Below are positions 19,590 through 31,045 of a stretch of DNA of 36,004 nt, piece after piece; within the stretch, counting starts at the first letter, position 1; each line of letters begins with the position of its first letter. Both the position numbers and the translations under genes were made by a program. Source of the stretch: Thermoleophilia bacterium (GTDB taxonomy: Bacteria; Actinomycetota; Thermoleophilia; UBA2241); contig DATHSP010000159.1 of assembly GCA_035464075.1 (NCBI GenBank), forward strand, positions 1-36,004, read 5' to 3'. Under the pieces are notes generated by a model that did not search any database, had not been told where the DNA came from, and saw only the letters and a list, made by a program, of their open reading frames with translations.

Positions 19590-20219
19590 TCAGCCTCCCC
19601 GCGCCGCGGCGGTCACGAAGTTGCGCAGCAGGCGCAGCCCGACCGCCGAACTCTTCTCAGGGTGGAACTGTACCGCCCACACGTTGTCGCGCGCCACTGC
19701 CGCCACGTGCGGCCCCCCGTAGTCGGTCACCGCGGCCACAACCGTGGGGTCGGCCGGCGCGGCCGCGTAGGAGTGCACGAAGTAGACCGCCGCCGGCTCC
19801 GGCAGGCCGGCGGCCATACCGGCGCCCGCCGGCCGCCACTCGAGCGTGTTCCAGCCGATGTGCGGCACCTTCAACGCCGTTTCGAGACGCTCCACCGTGC
19901 CGCGGAGCACGCCGAGCCCGGGCCGACGGCCGCCCTCGTCGCTGCTCTCGAAGAGCAGCTGCAGGCCGAGGCAGACACCGAGGAAGGGGACGCCGGCGGC
20001 GACGCGCTCGACGACGGCGGCGCCGAGCCCCGAGGCGTCGAGGCGCGTCACGGCGTCGCGGAAGGCGCCGACGCCGGGCAGGACGACGGCGCCGGCGGCG
20101 CGCACCGCCTCCGGCGCGTCGCTCACCGTGACCGCGGCGCCGGCGCGCTCGAGCGCCTTCGCCACACTGGCGAGGTTACCCATGCCGTAGTCGACGACGA
20201 CGAGCCGCGGCGCGGCCAC
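19590..20219 (-). CDS. hisH: Imidazole glycerol phosphate synthase glutaminase subunit
   Basis: Trimmed to GTG 20219 (VAAPRLVVVDYGMGNLASV), with GGGAGG upstream. The Cys nucleophile is in GVCLGLQLLFE, and the catalytic FHPEKS is present. 209 aa. Confidence 0.93.
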   Translation of the reverse strand: MAAPRLVVVDYGMGNLASVAKALERAGAAVTVSDAPEAVRAAGAVVLPGVGAFRDAVTRLDASGLGAAVVERVAAGVPFLGVCLGLQLLFESSDEGGRRPGLGVLRGTVERLETALKVPHIGWNTLEWRPAGAGMAAGLPEPAAVYFVHSYAAAPADPTVVAAVTDYGGPHVAAVARDNVWAVQFHPEKSSAVGLRLLRNFVTAAARGG

Positions 20220-20233
20220 GGAGCCTCCCGGAG

Positions 20234-20824
20234 TCAGAGGACGCCCTTGGTCGAGGGCACGGCGTCGCCGCGCTCGCCGCGGCCGCAGGCCTCGGCGAGC
20301 GCCCGCGCCGTGCCCTTGAAGACCGCCTCGACGATGTGGTGCGGGTCGCTGCCGGCGAGCAGGCGCACGTGCAGCGTCGCTCCGGCCTGCGTGGCCAGCG
20401 AGCGCAGGAAGTGCGCCGTGAGGTCGGCGTCGAACTCGCCGACGCGCAGGCCGGTCAGCTGCAGGTCGTGGGCGAAGAACGGCCGCCCCGAGAGGTCGAC
20501 GACGACCATGGCGAGGGCCTCGTCCATGGGCAGCAGGCAGGAGCCGTACCGGCGGATGCCGGCCTTGTCGCCGACCGCCTCGCGCAGTGCCTGACCGAGT
20601 GTGAGGCCGATGTCCTCGACCGTGTGGTGGCCGTCGACCTCGAGGTCGCCCTCGGCGCGCACGGTGAGGTCGAAGCCGCCGTGGTGGGCGAAGAGCTCGA
20701 GCATGTGGTCGAGGAACCCGATACCGGTCGCGACCTCGACCGCGCCCGAGCCGTCGAGCGCGAGACTGAGGGCGATGTCGGTCTCCTTCGTGGTGCGGCG
20801 GACCTCTGCGCGGCGTGGCGTCAT
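20234..20824 (-). CDS. hisB: Imidazoleglycerol-phosphate dehydratase
   Basis: 196 aa with RTTKETDI, DGHHTVEDIGL and GSDPHHIVEAVFK. The ATG overlaps the hisD stop (ATGA). Monofunctional, with no phosphatase domain. Confidence 0.95.
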   Translation of the reverse strand: MTPRRAEVRRTTKETDIALSLALDGSGAVEVATGIGFLDHMLELFAHHGGFDLTVRAEGDLEVDGHHTVEDIGLTLGQALREAVGDKAGIRRYGSCLLPMDEALAMVVVDLSGRPFFAHDLQLTGLRVGEFDADLTAHFLRSLATQAGATLHVRLLAGSDPHHIVEAVFKGTARALAEACGRGERGDAVPSTKGVL

Positions 20825-22098
20825 GGCTGCTCCCCGGGACGGGCGGCACGGAGGGCCGCCGAGCGCGCGTGGGCGCGCAGGCCCTCCTCTTCGGCGATCG
20901 TCGCCACGGCGCCGGCGAGGGCGGCCGCCGCGGTGTCGTCAAGTTCTACCACAGCCACGCGGCGCTGGAAATGCGCGACCGACAGGCCCTGCCCGAAGCG
21001 CGCGGCACCGCCGGTCGGCAGCACGTGGTTGCTGCCGGCGGCGTAGTCGGCGAAGGCCGTCGCCGCGTTGGGGCCGACGAAGACGGCGCCGGCGTTGCGC
21101 ACCCGGGGCACGAGCGCGGCGGCATCGTCGAGGTGCAGCTCGAGGTGCTCGGGGGCGAAGGCCGCGCAGAGCTCGAACGCCGCGTCGAGGTCGGGGCAGG
21201 CGACGGCGACGAGCTGCTCGTGGCCCAGGCCGAGCTCGGCGCCGAGACGCTCGACGGCGGCGCGCACGGGCTCGGACAGCGTGCCTCCGACGTCCGCGAG
21301 GCAGGCCATGGCGCCGGCGCCGTGCTCGCTCTGCGCCAGCAGGTCGGCGGCGAGCCACTCGGGATCGGCGCCGGCCGCGACGACGACGAGGACCTCGCTG
21401 GGGCCGGCGAGCCCGTCGATGCCGACCTCGCCGACGAGCTGGCGCTTGGCCTCGGTGACGTAGGCGTTGCCGGGCCCGGCGATCACGTCGCAGCGTGGCA
21501 CGACCGGGGTACCGAGCGCCATCGCCGCCACCGCCTGGGCGCCGCCCACCGGGTACACCCGCTCGACGCCGAGCAGGGCGCACGCGGCGGCCACGCCGGG
21601 GGCGACCCCGCCCCCGGGACGCGGCGGCGAGCAGACGACCACGCGATCGACCCCGGCGACCTGCGCCGGGAGCACGGTCATGAGCACCGAGGATGGGTAG
21701 TCGGCGAGGCCGCCGGGCACGTAGAGCCCGGCGGCCGCGACCGGCACGACCTCCTGCCCAACGACCTGGCCCTGGGCCAGCGTGGCCCGCCAGGGCCGCG
21801 GCGCCTCGCGCTCGTGATAGGCGCGGATGTTGGCCGCCGCGAGCTCGAGCGCGGCGCGCAGCGCCGGCGCGGCCGCGATGAGCGCCGTCCGGAGCTCTTC
21901 GGACGGCACCGCGTAGTCCTCGCGCAGCTCGACGCCGTCGAGGCGACCGGTCCAGTCGCGCACGGCGGCGTCGCCGCGCCCGCGCACGTCGGCGACGATC
22001 GTGGCGACGGCCTCACGGACCGCGGCGGACGGCGGTGCCAGGGCGCGCAGCTCCGCGACCACGCGCGCCGCGTCGCCCGGCCACTCGATCGTCCTCAC
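20821..22098 (-). CDS. hisD: Histidinol dehydrogenase
   Basis: 425 aa. The GTG start overlaps the hisG stop (GTGA). Contains YVPGG, QSEHG and HLELH motifs. Confidence 0.95.
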   Translation of the reverse strand: MRTIEWPGDAARVVAELRALAPPSAAVREAVATIVADVRGRGDAAVRDWTGRLDGVELREDYAVPSEELRTALIAAAPALRAALELAAANIRAYHEREAPRPWRATLAQGQVVGQEVVPVAAAGLYVPGGLADYPSSVLMTVLPAQVAGVDRVVVCSPPRPGGGVAPGVAAACALLGVERVYPVGGAQAVAAMALGTPVVPRCDVIAGPGNAYVTEAKRQLVGEVGIDGLAGPSEVLVVVAAGADPEWLAADLLAQSEHGAGAMACLADVGGTLSEPVRAAVERLGAELGLGHEQLVAVACPDLDAAFELCAAFAPEHLELHLDDAAALVPRVRNAGAVFVGPNAATAFADYAAGSNHVLPTGGAARFGQGLSVAHFQRRVAVVELDDTAAAALAGAVATIAEEEGLRAHARSAALRAARPGEQP

Positions 22099-22739
22099 GA
22101 GGCGACCGCCCGCCGTGTGCGGCGCGCGAAGGCCGCGAGGTCGGCGCCGCGCAGGGCGTGGGCGGCGAGGCCCGCCACGAGGCGCAGACCGCCGGCGGCG
22201 ACCTCGCCGCGAACGGCGAACGGGGACTCCGGCTCCTCGCCCTCGTCGACCAGCCCGACGACCAGGTCGAGGCGGAGCAGCCTGCCGGCGAGCCAGGGCT
22301 CGTCGACGAACTCGACCAGCCGTGGCTGGCAGCCGTGCGCCTCGAGGTAGCGCCGCGTCAGGCGCGGGTGCGCGGTGGCCACGAGCGGGCGCCGCGGGAG
22401 CTCGCCGCCGCTCCCCTCACGGGGGACCTCGCCGGCATCCGCGGAGTACACGGCCGCCACGAGCCGGGCCTCGCCCACCTCGAGGTCGAGCAGCTCGACG
22501 ACCTCGGGGCCGCGCTCGAGGAGCACTTCGGCGCCGAGGATCGCCGCGTCGAGGGCGTCGCGCCGGCAGAGGGTCAGAAGGTCGCCCGGCCGCGCGAGCG
22601 CGACCGTGTGGCCGCCGCCCACGACGAGCTCGGGGTGTGCGAGGCCGCGCAGCGGCTCCGCCGGCGCCCCGGCGCGCACCGCGAGCTCGACCGCGGCGGC
22701 CGTGCGCTTCGGCGGGCCGAGCGCGATGCCGAGTCTCAC
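22095..22739 (-). CDS. hisG: ATP phosphoribosyltransferase, short (HisZ-dependent) form
   Basis: Trimmed to GTG 22739 (VRLGIALGPPKR...), which overlaps the hisZ stop (GTGA). At 214 aa it lacks the C-terminal regulatory domain of long HisG. It lies directly downstream of hisZ. Confidence 0.88.
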   Translation of the reverse strand: MRLGIALGPPKRTAAAVELAVRAGAPAEPLRGLAHPELVVGGGHTVALARPGDLLTLCRRDALDAAILGAEVLLERGPEVVELLDLEVGEARLVAAVYSADAGEVPREGSGGELPRRPLVATAHPRLTRRYLEAHGCQPRLVEFVDEPWLAGRLLRLDLVVGLVDEGEEPESPFAVRGEVAAGGLRLVAGLAAHALRGADLAAFARRTRRAVAS

Positions 22740-23935
22740 CTGAGCCCCAGGGCCTGCAGCACGTCGCGCCACGAGCCGCTCACGGGCGCCCCGTCGAGCG
22801 GCTCCAGCTCGTAGCGCCCGCGCTCGTGGTGGAGGACCGGCCCCGCCGCGGGCCGGCCGTCGGCGGGCAGCGCCGCCACGGCGAGACCGCCCTGCCGCAG
22901 CTCGCGCGTCTGCTCCGGCAGCTCGAGGCCGCCGACGAACTGGAGCGGCGGGGCGAAGGCCGCCAGTGCGACCCCCGCCTCCTCGAGCGCGAGCCGCAGC
23001 CGGTCGATCGACAGCGCAACGCCGACGCCCGGCACGTCCCACTCGAAGTGCGCACCGAGACCGTCGTAACGCCCGCCGGTGGCGATGGGCAGCCCCACCC
23101 CGGGGGCGTAGGCCTCGACGACGATCCCGGTGTAGTAGGCCAGGTCCTGGAAGAGGCCGAGGTCGAAGGCGAGAGCGTCCTCGTACCCTGCGGCCGCGAC
23201 CAGGTCGCGGACGGTCTCGAGCCGGCCCACCGCCTGCTCCATCGAGGCCGTGCGCGAGAGCCGCCGGGCGTGGGCGAGCACCTCGCGCGCCCCGCTCACG
23301 TCGACGGTCTGCTGCAGGGCACGGCGCGCCTCGTCGTCGACGCCGACGTTGTCGAGGATCGTCTCGAGGAGCGGGTAATCGCGGTCGTGCAGGGCGTCGA
23401 GGAGGGCCTGCTCGTCGTCGTCGCCGATGCCGAACGACTCGACCAGGGCGGCGCTGAAGGCCATGGTGCCGATCACGACCCGGTGCTCGCGGAGGCCCAG
23501 GGAGGCGAGCACGTCGCAGAGCAGGGTGACCGCCTCGGCGTCGGCCGCCGCCGAGCCGTCACCGAGCAGCTCGACGCCGGCCTGCACGAACTCTCCGTCC
23601 TGGCTGCGCTGTGGCGCCCAAGGCCGGCAGGCGGAGGCGAGGTACGAGAAGCGCAGCGGCAGCGGCTTGTCACGGTAGCGGCTCTCCGCCATGCGCACGA
23701 CACCGACCGTCAGGTCGGTGCGCAGCATGAGCTGGCGGCCGTGCTCGCCGAACACCCGGTAGCCCGCCTCGAGGGTGTCGTCCTCGAGGCGCTCGAAGGT
23801 CTCGGCGAACTCGAGGATCGGCAGGCGCACCTCTTCGTACCCGTAGGCGGCGAAGCGCGCACGGACGGCGGCCTCGATGCCGCGCAGCTGGGTCACCTCG
23901 GCCGGGAGGATGTCCTGCATGCCTTCGGGGATCAT
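22736..23935 (-). CDS. hisZ: ATP phosphoribosyltransferase regulatory subunit (HisRS paralog)
   Basis: Trimmed to ATG 23935 (MIPEGMQDILPAEV...), which overlaps the dnaE stop (ATGA). HisRS-like class II core: RFSYLASACRP, EFVQAGVELLG, LAYYTGIVVEAY, GGRYDGL. 399 aa. Confidence 0.9.
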   Translation of the reverse strand: MIPEGMQDILPAEVTQLRGIEAAVRARFAAYGYEEVRLPILEFAETFERLEDDTLEAGYRVFGEHGRQLMLRTDLTVGVVRMAESRYRDKPLPLRFSYLASACRPWAPQRSQDGEFVQAGVELLGDGSAAADAEAVTLLCDVLASLGLREHRVVIGTMAFSAALVESFGIGDDDEQALLDALHDRDYPLLETILDNVGVDDEARRALQQTVDVSGAREVLAHARRLSRTASMEQAVGRLETVRDLVAAAGYEDALAFDLGLFQDLAYYTGIVVEAYAPGVGLPIATGGRYDGLGAHFEWDVPGVGVALSIDRLRLALEEAGVALAAFAPPLQFVGGLELPEQTRELRQGGLAVAALPADGRPAAGPVLHHERGRYELEPLDGAPVSGSWRDVLQALGLR

Positions 23936-26900
23936 CGACCCACCGCCTCGCCGCAGGGGAACCCGCCGAGCTCGATACAGCTCTCGCCGAGCAGCGCCTT
24001 GAGCTCGGCGTACAGGCCGGAGGCGGGCGACACCCGAAGCCCGTCGCCGACCCGCAGGCGCGCCCTCTCGTCGCCGCGGACCATGTTGAGCACCACGGGC
24101 ACCTCCCCGGGGAAGTCGGCCAGCACCTGCCTGATCTCGCCGAGCGCCGTGGCCGGCACGCGCCCCGCGTCGATGGTCACGGTGAGCGGGTGGTACTCGC
24201 TCACGCCGCCGAACGGCTGCGCGTCGAGCACCATCAGCTTCACCTCGTCCTGGGTCTTGCGGTCGACGCGCCCCTTGACCTTGACGATCGCGTCCTCCGC
24301 CAGCAGGTCGCGGAACTGCTCGTACGTGTTGGCCCAGCAGATGCACTCGCAGCCGCCGTCGACGTCCTCGAGTCGGAAGACGAGCCAGACCCCGCCCTGG
24401 CGGTTGACCTTCTTCTGGGTGCTCGTGATCACACCGCCGGTCCACAGGATCGACCCGTCGGCGGCGTCGTCGAGCGCCGAGACCGGCATGTCGATCTCGT
24501 CGCGCAGCTGCTGGCGCAGGCCCTTGAGCGGGTGCGCCGAGACGTAGAGGCCGAGGGCCTCCTTCTCGAGGCGCAGCAACGTGGCCTGGTCGTACTCGCG
24601 CGACGGCACCGCCGGCGCCTGGGCGGCACTGTCGTCGGGGGCCATCATCTCGAAGAGCCCGCCCTGCCCCTGGGCGCGGTCCTTGCGCCGACGCTCGCCG
24701 TCGGCCATCGCCGCCGGCAGGGCGTCGAGCATGCCGCGCCTGGGATCGCCGGTCGAGTCGAAGGCCCCCGCCTTGATCAGGGCCTCGAGGGTGCGCTTGT
24801 TGACGTGCTGCGAGTCGACGCGGGCGCAGAAGTCGTAGATCGAGGCGAAGGGCTCGCCGCCGCGGGCGGCGACGATCGCCTCGATCGCGCCCACCCCCAC
24901 GCCCTTCACGGCGTTGAGACCGAAGCGGATCTTGCCCTCGACCACGGTGAAGTCGTTGGCGCTCTCGTTGATGTCGGGCGGCAGCACCTCGATGCCCATC
25001 TCACGGCAGAGGTGGACGTAGAAGGGCACCTTGTCCTTGGTGTTCATGACGCTCGAGACGAGGGCCGCCATGTACTCGACCGGGTAGTTCGCCTTGAGCC
25101 AGGCGGTGCGGTAGCTGATGAGCGCGTAGCAGGCGGCGTGGCTCTTGTTGAACGAGTAGTCGCCGGTGGCCTCGAAGTTGGCCCAGAGCCGCTGGCTCAC
25201 GGCCGGCGGCACGCCGCTCGCCGTGAGCCCCTGCATGAGGGGCTCCTTGAGCGAGGCCATGAGCTTCTTGTCCTTCTTGCCGATCGCCTTGCGCAGGTCG
25301 TCGGCCTGGGCGGGGCTGAAGCCGGCGACGCGGCGGGCGATCGCCATGTACTGCTCCTGGTAGATCGTCACCCCGTGGGTCGCCTCGAGGATGGGGCGCA
25401 GGGCCTCGTGGTCGTAGACGACCGAGGCCGGGTCCTTCTTGTTGCGCGCGTAGGCCGGGATGTACTGCATGGGCCCCGGCCGGTAGAGCGCGACGATCGC
25501 GATGAGGTCCTCGAAGGCGGTGGGGACGACCTCGCGGAGGGCGTCGCGCATGCCGCCCGACTCGAACTGGAACACGCCCGTGGAGTCGCCGCGCGCGAGC
25601 ATGCGGTAGGTCTTCTCGTCGTCGAGCGGCAAGGTCTCCATCTCGACGCGCACGCCGTGCGTGGCCTCGATGATCTTGAGGGCGTCCTCGATGACGTCGA
25701 GGTTGCGCAGGCCGAGGAAGTCCATCTTGAGCAGGCCGAGCCGGGCCACGTCGTCCATGCCGAACTGGGTCACGACCTCGGCGTCGCCCTTCTGCTGCAG
25801 CGGCACGTACTCGGTGAGCGGCTTGTCGCTGATGACCACGCCGGCGGCGTGGATCGAGTCGTTGCGGATCAGGCCCTCGAGCGACATCGCCAGGTCGACG
25901 ACCTGTTTGACCTGCGGGTCGGCGTCGTAGGCCTGGCGGAGCTCGCCGCCCGGCAGCATGGCCTCCTTGAAGGTCGCCGGCGGCGCCTGCTCGGGGATCA
26001 TCTTGGCGATGCGGTCGCCGATCGCGTACGGGAGCCCCATCACCCGGGCGGCGTCGCGGACCGCGGCCCGCGCCGCCATGGTGCCGAAGGTGATGATCTG
26101 GGCGACGCGGTCGCGACCGTACTTCTGGGCCACGTACTCGATGACCTCGCCGCGGCGCTCCACCGAGAAATCCATGTCGATGTCGGGCATCGACTTGCGG
26201 CCGGGGTTGAGGAAGCGCTCGAAGAGCAGGTCGTACTTGAGAGGGTCGATGTCGGTGATGCCGAGCGCGTACGAGACGATGCTGCCGGCGGCCGACCCGC
26301 GGCCGGGCCCGACCGCGATGCCCGCGCGCTTGGCGAAGTCGACGTAGTCCCAGACGATGAGGAAGTAGGCGTCGAAGCCCATGTCGGCGATGACGCCGAG
26401 TTCGTAGTCGAGGCGCTCGCGGACCTCGGACGGGACGTCGGCGCCGTAGCGGCGCCGCACCCCCGCCTCGCACAGCTCGCGCAGGTACGAGGTCTCGGTG
26501 TGCCCGTCGGGCACCGGGTACGTGGGCAGCCGGTAGGTGCCGAACTCGAGTGTGACGTTGCAGCGCCCGGCGATCTCGGCCGTGGTCGCCAGCGCCTCGG
26601 GGTAGTCCTTGAAGCGCGCGGCCATCTCCTCGGGTGACTTGAGGTAGAACTCGTCGCTCGAGAGGCGCATGCGGTCCTCGTCGGCGAGGAAGCTCTGGGT
26701 CTGGATGCAGAGGAGGGCGTCGTGCGCGTACGAGTCTTCGCGACGCAGGTAGTGCACGTCGTTGGTGGCGACGGTCGGCAGGCCGGCCTGTGCCGCCAGC
26801 GCGGCGAGCCGCGGGAGCAGCTCGCGCTGCTCGGGCAGGCCGGCGTCCTGCAGCTCGACGTAGACGTTGCCGGCGCCGAAGAGGCCGACGAGGCGGTCGA

Positions 26901-27375
26901 GGTCGGCGCGCGCGTCCTCCTCCCTGCCGTCGCGGAGCGCGACCGGGATGCGGCCGCTCATGCAGCCCGTGAGGCAGATCAGGCCGCTGTGGTACTGCTC
27001 GAGCAGCTCCCAGTCGGCGCGCGGCTTGTAGTAGTAGCCCTCGAGGAAGGCGAGCGTGGAGAGCTTGACCAGGTTGCGGTAGCCCTCGTTGTCGGTCGCC
27101 AGCAGGGTGAGGTGGTGGTAGCGCTCCTTGACCCCGCCGCGCGCCCGGCGGTCGTTGACCACGTAGAGCTCGAGGCCGATGATCGGCTTCACGCCGTGAC
27201 CGCCTTCGGTCGCGGCGCGGTAGAACTGCACGACGCCGCCGAGCGTGCCGTGGTCGGTCAGGGCGACCGCGTCCATGCCGAGCTCGGCGGCGCGCTGGAC
27301 CAGGGCGGGGATGCGGCAGGCCCCGTCGAGCAGCGAGTACTCGCTATGGACGTGGAGATGAGCGAAAGGGGCCAT
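23932..27375 (-). CDS. dnaE: DNA polymerase III alpha subunit
   Basis: 1147 aa. The N-terminal PHP domain begins FAHLHVHSEYSLLDGA. Pol III alpha core is present (DIDMDF, FNKSHAACYA), followed by a C-terminal OB-fold region. Confidence 0.97.
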   Translation of the reverse strand: MAPFAHLHVHSEYSLLDGACRIPALVQRAAELGMDAVALTDHGTLGGVVQFYRAATEGGHGVKPIIGLELYVVNDRRARGGVKERYHHLTLLATDNEGYRNLVKLSTLAFLEGYYYKPRADWELLEQYHSGLICLTGCMSGRIPVALRDGREEDARADLDRLVGLFGAGNVYVELQDAGLPEQRELLPRLAALAAQAGLPTVATNDVHYLRREDSYAHDALLCIQTQSFLADEDRMRLSSDEFYLKSPEEMAARFKDYPEALATTAEIAGRCNVTLEFGTYRLPTYPVPDGHTETSYLRELCEAGVRRRYGADVPSEVRERLDYELGVIADMGFDAYFLIVWDYVDFAKRAGIAVGPGRGSAAGSIVSYALGITDIDPLKYDLLFERFLNPGRKSMPDIDMDFSVERRGEVIEYVAQKYGRDRVAQIITFGTMAARAAVRDAARVMGLPYAIGDRIAKMIPEQAPPATFKEAMLPGGELRQAYDADPQVKQVVDLAMSLEGLIRNDSIHAAGVVISDKPLTEYVPLQQKGDAEVVTQFGMDDVARLGLLKMDFLGLRNLDVIEDALKIIEATHGVRVEMETLPLDDEKTYRMLARGDSTGVFQFESGGMRDALREVVPTAFEDLIAIVALYRPGPMQYIPAYARNKKDPASVVYDHEALRPILEATHGVTIYQEQYMAIARRVAGFSPAQADDLRKAIGKKDKKLMASLKEPLMQGLTASGVPPAVSQRLWANFEATGDYSFNKSHAACYALISYRTAWLKANYPVEYMAALVSSVMNTKDKVPFYVHLCREMGIEVLPPDINESANDFTVVEGKIRFGLNAVKGVGVGAIEAIVAARGGEPFASIYDFCARVDSQHVNKRTLEALIKAGAFDSTGDPRRGMLDALPAAMADGERRRKDRAQGQGGLFEMMAPDDSAAQAPAVPSREYDQATLLRLEKEALGLYVSAHPLKGLRQQLRDEIDMPVSALDDAADGSILWTGGVITSTQKKVNRQGGVWLVFRLEDVDGGCECICWANTYEQFRDLLAEDAIVKVKGRVDRKTQDEVKLMVLDAQPFGGVSEYHPLTVTIDAGRVPATALGEIRQVLADFPGEVPVVLNMVRGDERARLRVGDGLRVSPASGLYAELKALLGESCIELGGFPCGEAVGR

Positions 27376-27387
27376 CGGTGGTCTCCG

Positions 27388-27396
27388 ATTCTAGCA
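27388..27396 (-). promoter_or_regulatory. Candidate extended -10 promoter (TGcTAGAAT) for dnaE-his block
   Basis: The - strand reads gaggTGcTAGAATcggagaccaccgATG, so the hexamer ends 12 nt before the dnaE ATG (27375). GC hairpins just upstream (GGGAGGCC-ccgc-GGCCTCtCCC; CCGCCG-ccga-CGGCGG) could terminate the preceding unit. Confidence 0.45.
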
Positions 27397-27528
27397 CCTC
27401 GGGGAGAGGCCGCGGGGCCTCCCGCCGTCGGCGGCGGACGAGGTCGACGTGGCGGACCCTCGGCCGTCGGCGAGACCGCCGCGCGGGGAGTCGCCGGACG
27501 CCGGCGAGGATGACGCGCGGCGGGACGT

Positions 27529-28430
27529 TCAGCCGCGGACGAGGCTGATGAGGCGGCCGACGCCCCCGACCTCGACGGTCACCGTCTGGCCGGCGGCCAG
27601 CGGGCCGACGCCCGGCGGCGTGCCCGTGAGCACGACGTCGCCGGGCTCCAGCGTCATCACGCCGCTGACGAAGGCGACGAGCTCGAGCGGGCTCACGAGC
27701 ATGTCGCCGACGAGGCCCTCCTGCACGACCCGCCCGTCGAGCCGGGCGACGACGCGCGCCTCGGGTGGCGGCGCGTCGGGCACGACCCAGGGCCCGAGGG
27801 GGCAGAAGGTGTCGAAGCTCTTGGACCGCGTCCACTGCCCGTCGAGCGCCTGCAGGTCGCGGGCGGTGACGTCGTTGGCGCAGGTGGAGCCGGCGACGTA
27901 CCCGGCGGCCTCGGCGGGCGAGACGTCGCGACAGCGGCGGCCGATCACGAGCGCGAGCTCGGCCTCGTAGTCGACGCGGGTCGAACGGGCCGGGAAGACG
28001 ATCGCTTCGCCCGGCCCGATCAGCGACGTGCGCGGCTTGAGGAAGAGGATCGGCTCGGCCGCCGTCTCGCTGTCGAACTCGGCCGCGTGGGCGGCGTAGT
28101 TGAGGCCGACGGCGACGACCTTGCCGGGGACGGCCGGCGCCAGCAGGCGCACGCGGCCGAGGTCGGTGGCGCCGAGCTCGACCGCGTCCGGGTCCCACGC
28201 CGGCCGGTCGAGCAGCACGGCCACGCCGCCGGCGAACCGGCACTCATGGACGTGCATGCCGACCGAGAGACGCCCGAAGGCGCCGTCGGGAGGGCTCGAC
28301 GGGACGCCGGGCGGGGTCGCACCCGATGCAACGTCCGAGACCGCGGGCGGGGTCGTGCCCGACGGGTCATCCGGGACATGGGGCGGCGGCGTGCCCGCGG
28401 GCCCGCCGGTGGCGCCGCCGCCGGCGGCGC

Positions 28431-28434
<4 letters not shown>
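27529..28434 (-). CDS. Fumarylacetoacetate hydrolase (FAH) family protein (2-keto-4-pentenoate hydratase / oxaloacetate decarboxylase-like); start uncertain
   Basis: The FAH fold is seen in GLNYAAHAAEF, VDYEAELALVIGR, TCANDVTARDLQ and GDVVLTGTPPGVG. The core begins at ATG 28257 (MHVHECRFAGG, 242 aa, no SD). In-frame GTG 28434 overlaps the cimA stop (GTGA) and would add a 59-aa Pro/Gly/Thr-rich head. G/C-rich third positions continue through this segment. Confidence 0.85.
28291..28362 (-). repeat. Imperfect 36-nt tandem duplication in the 5' extension of the FAH gene
   Basis: The coding strand reads TCGGGCACGACCCCGCCCGCGGTC... (28362->28327) followed by TCGGGTGCGACCCCGCCCGGCGTC... (28326->28291). 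These encode SGTTPPAVSDVA / SGATPPGVPSSP. The period is a multiple of 3 and in frame with the FAH ORF. Confidence 0.55.
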
Positions 28435-30023
<1,589 letters not shown>

Positions 30024-30045
30024 CGAGCCCTCGGCCCGCGTCCCG

Positions 30046-30966
30046 TCAGGCCTCGACGTAGTCGAGGAAGTGCGCGAAGGCCGCGTCGCGGCCCTCGACG
30101 AGCTCCCGGTAGCGGTGCTGTATGCGGCGCGTGACCGGGCCGGGGTCGCCGACGACGTGGTCGTCGACCTCGCGTATCGGGACGATCTCGGCCGCCGTGC
30201 CGGTCAGGAAGAGCTCGTCGGCGACGACGAGGTCGCTGCGCACGAGCGTGCGCTCGCGCGCCTCGATGCCCTCGTCGGCGGCCAGCCGCAGCACGGTGTC
30301 CCGGGTGATGCCCTCGAGGACCCCGTCGGCCGGGAACGGCGTGTACAGCACGCCGTCGCGGACGAGGAAGAGGTTCTCGCCCGAGCCCTCGCAGACGTGG
30401 CCGGCGGCATCGAGCATGATCGCCTCGTCGTACCCGGCGTTCGTGACCTCGATCTTGGCGAGGATGCTGTTCAGGTACTGGCCCGTGGCCTTGGCGGCGC
30501 GGGCGAGCTGCGTGTGTCCGAGCGCCTGGATGCTCGACACCTTGGCGCGGATGCCGTGCCGCACGCCCTCGTCGCCGAGGTAGGCGCCCCAGGGCCAGAC
30601 GGCGATGACCGCCTCGACCGGCACATGGAGCGGGTAGAGGCCCATCTCGCCGTAGCCGCGGTAGGCGAGCGGGCGGATGTAGCAGGCCTCGAGCCCGTTG
30701 GCCGCGATCACGTCCTTCGTCGCCTGGGCGAGCTCGGCCACCGTGTAGGGCAGCTCCATGTAGTACAGCTTGGCGGAGCGGCGCAGGCGCTCGAGGTGCT
30801 CGGTCAGGCGGAAGACGGCGGCCCCGCGCTCGGTCTTGTAGGCGCGGATGCCCTCGAAGACCCCGGACCCGTAGTGGAGCGCGTGCGTGAGGACGTGGGT
30901 CCTCGCCTCGTCCCAGGGGACGAGCTTGCCGTTCATCCAGATCTTGTCGACTTCGGGGATGGGCAT
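30046..30966 (-). CDS. ilvE: Branched-chain amino acid aminotransferase (class IV)
   Basis: 306 aa: IWMNGKLVPWDEARTHVLTHALHYGSGVFEGIRAY... An AGGAGG SD lies upstream. Confidence 0.93.
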   Translation of the reverse strand: MPIPEVDKIWMNGKLVPWDEARTHVLTHALHYGSGVFEGIRAYKTERGAAVFRLTEHLERLRRSAKLYYMELPYTVAELAQATKDVIAANGLEACYIRPLAYRGYGEMGLYPLHVPVEAVIAVWPWGAYLGDEGVRHGIRAKVSSIQALGHTQLARAAKATGQYLNSILAKIEVTNAGYDEAIMLDAAGHVCEGSGENLFLVRDGVLYTPFPADGVLEGITRDTVLRLAADEGIEARERTLVRSDLVVADELFLTGTAAEIVPIREVDDHVVGDPGPVTRRIQHRYRELVEGRDAAFAHFLDYVEA

Positions 30967-31045
30967 CGGTCCTCCTGACCTTCACGCGCGCTCCGCGCGG
31001 CGGCTTCAGTCCCTCCTCAGGGGGTGGCGTGGTCCTCCCGCACCG

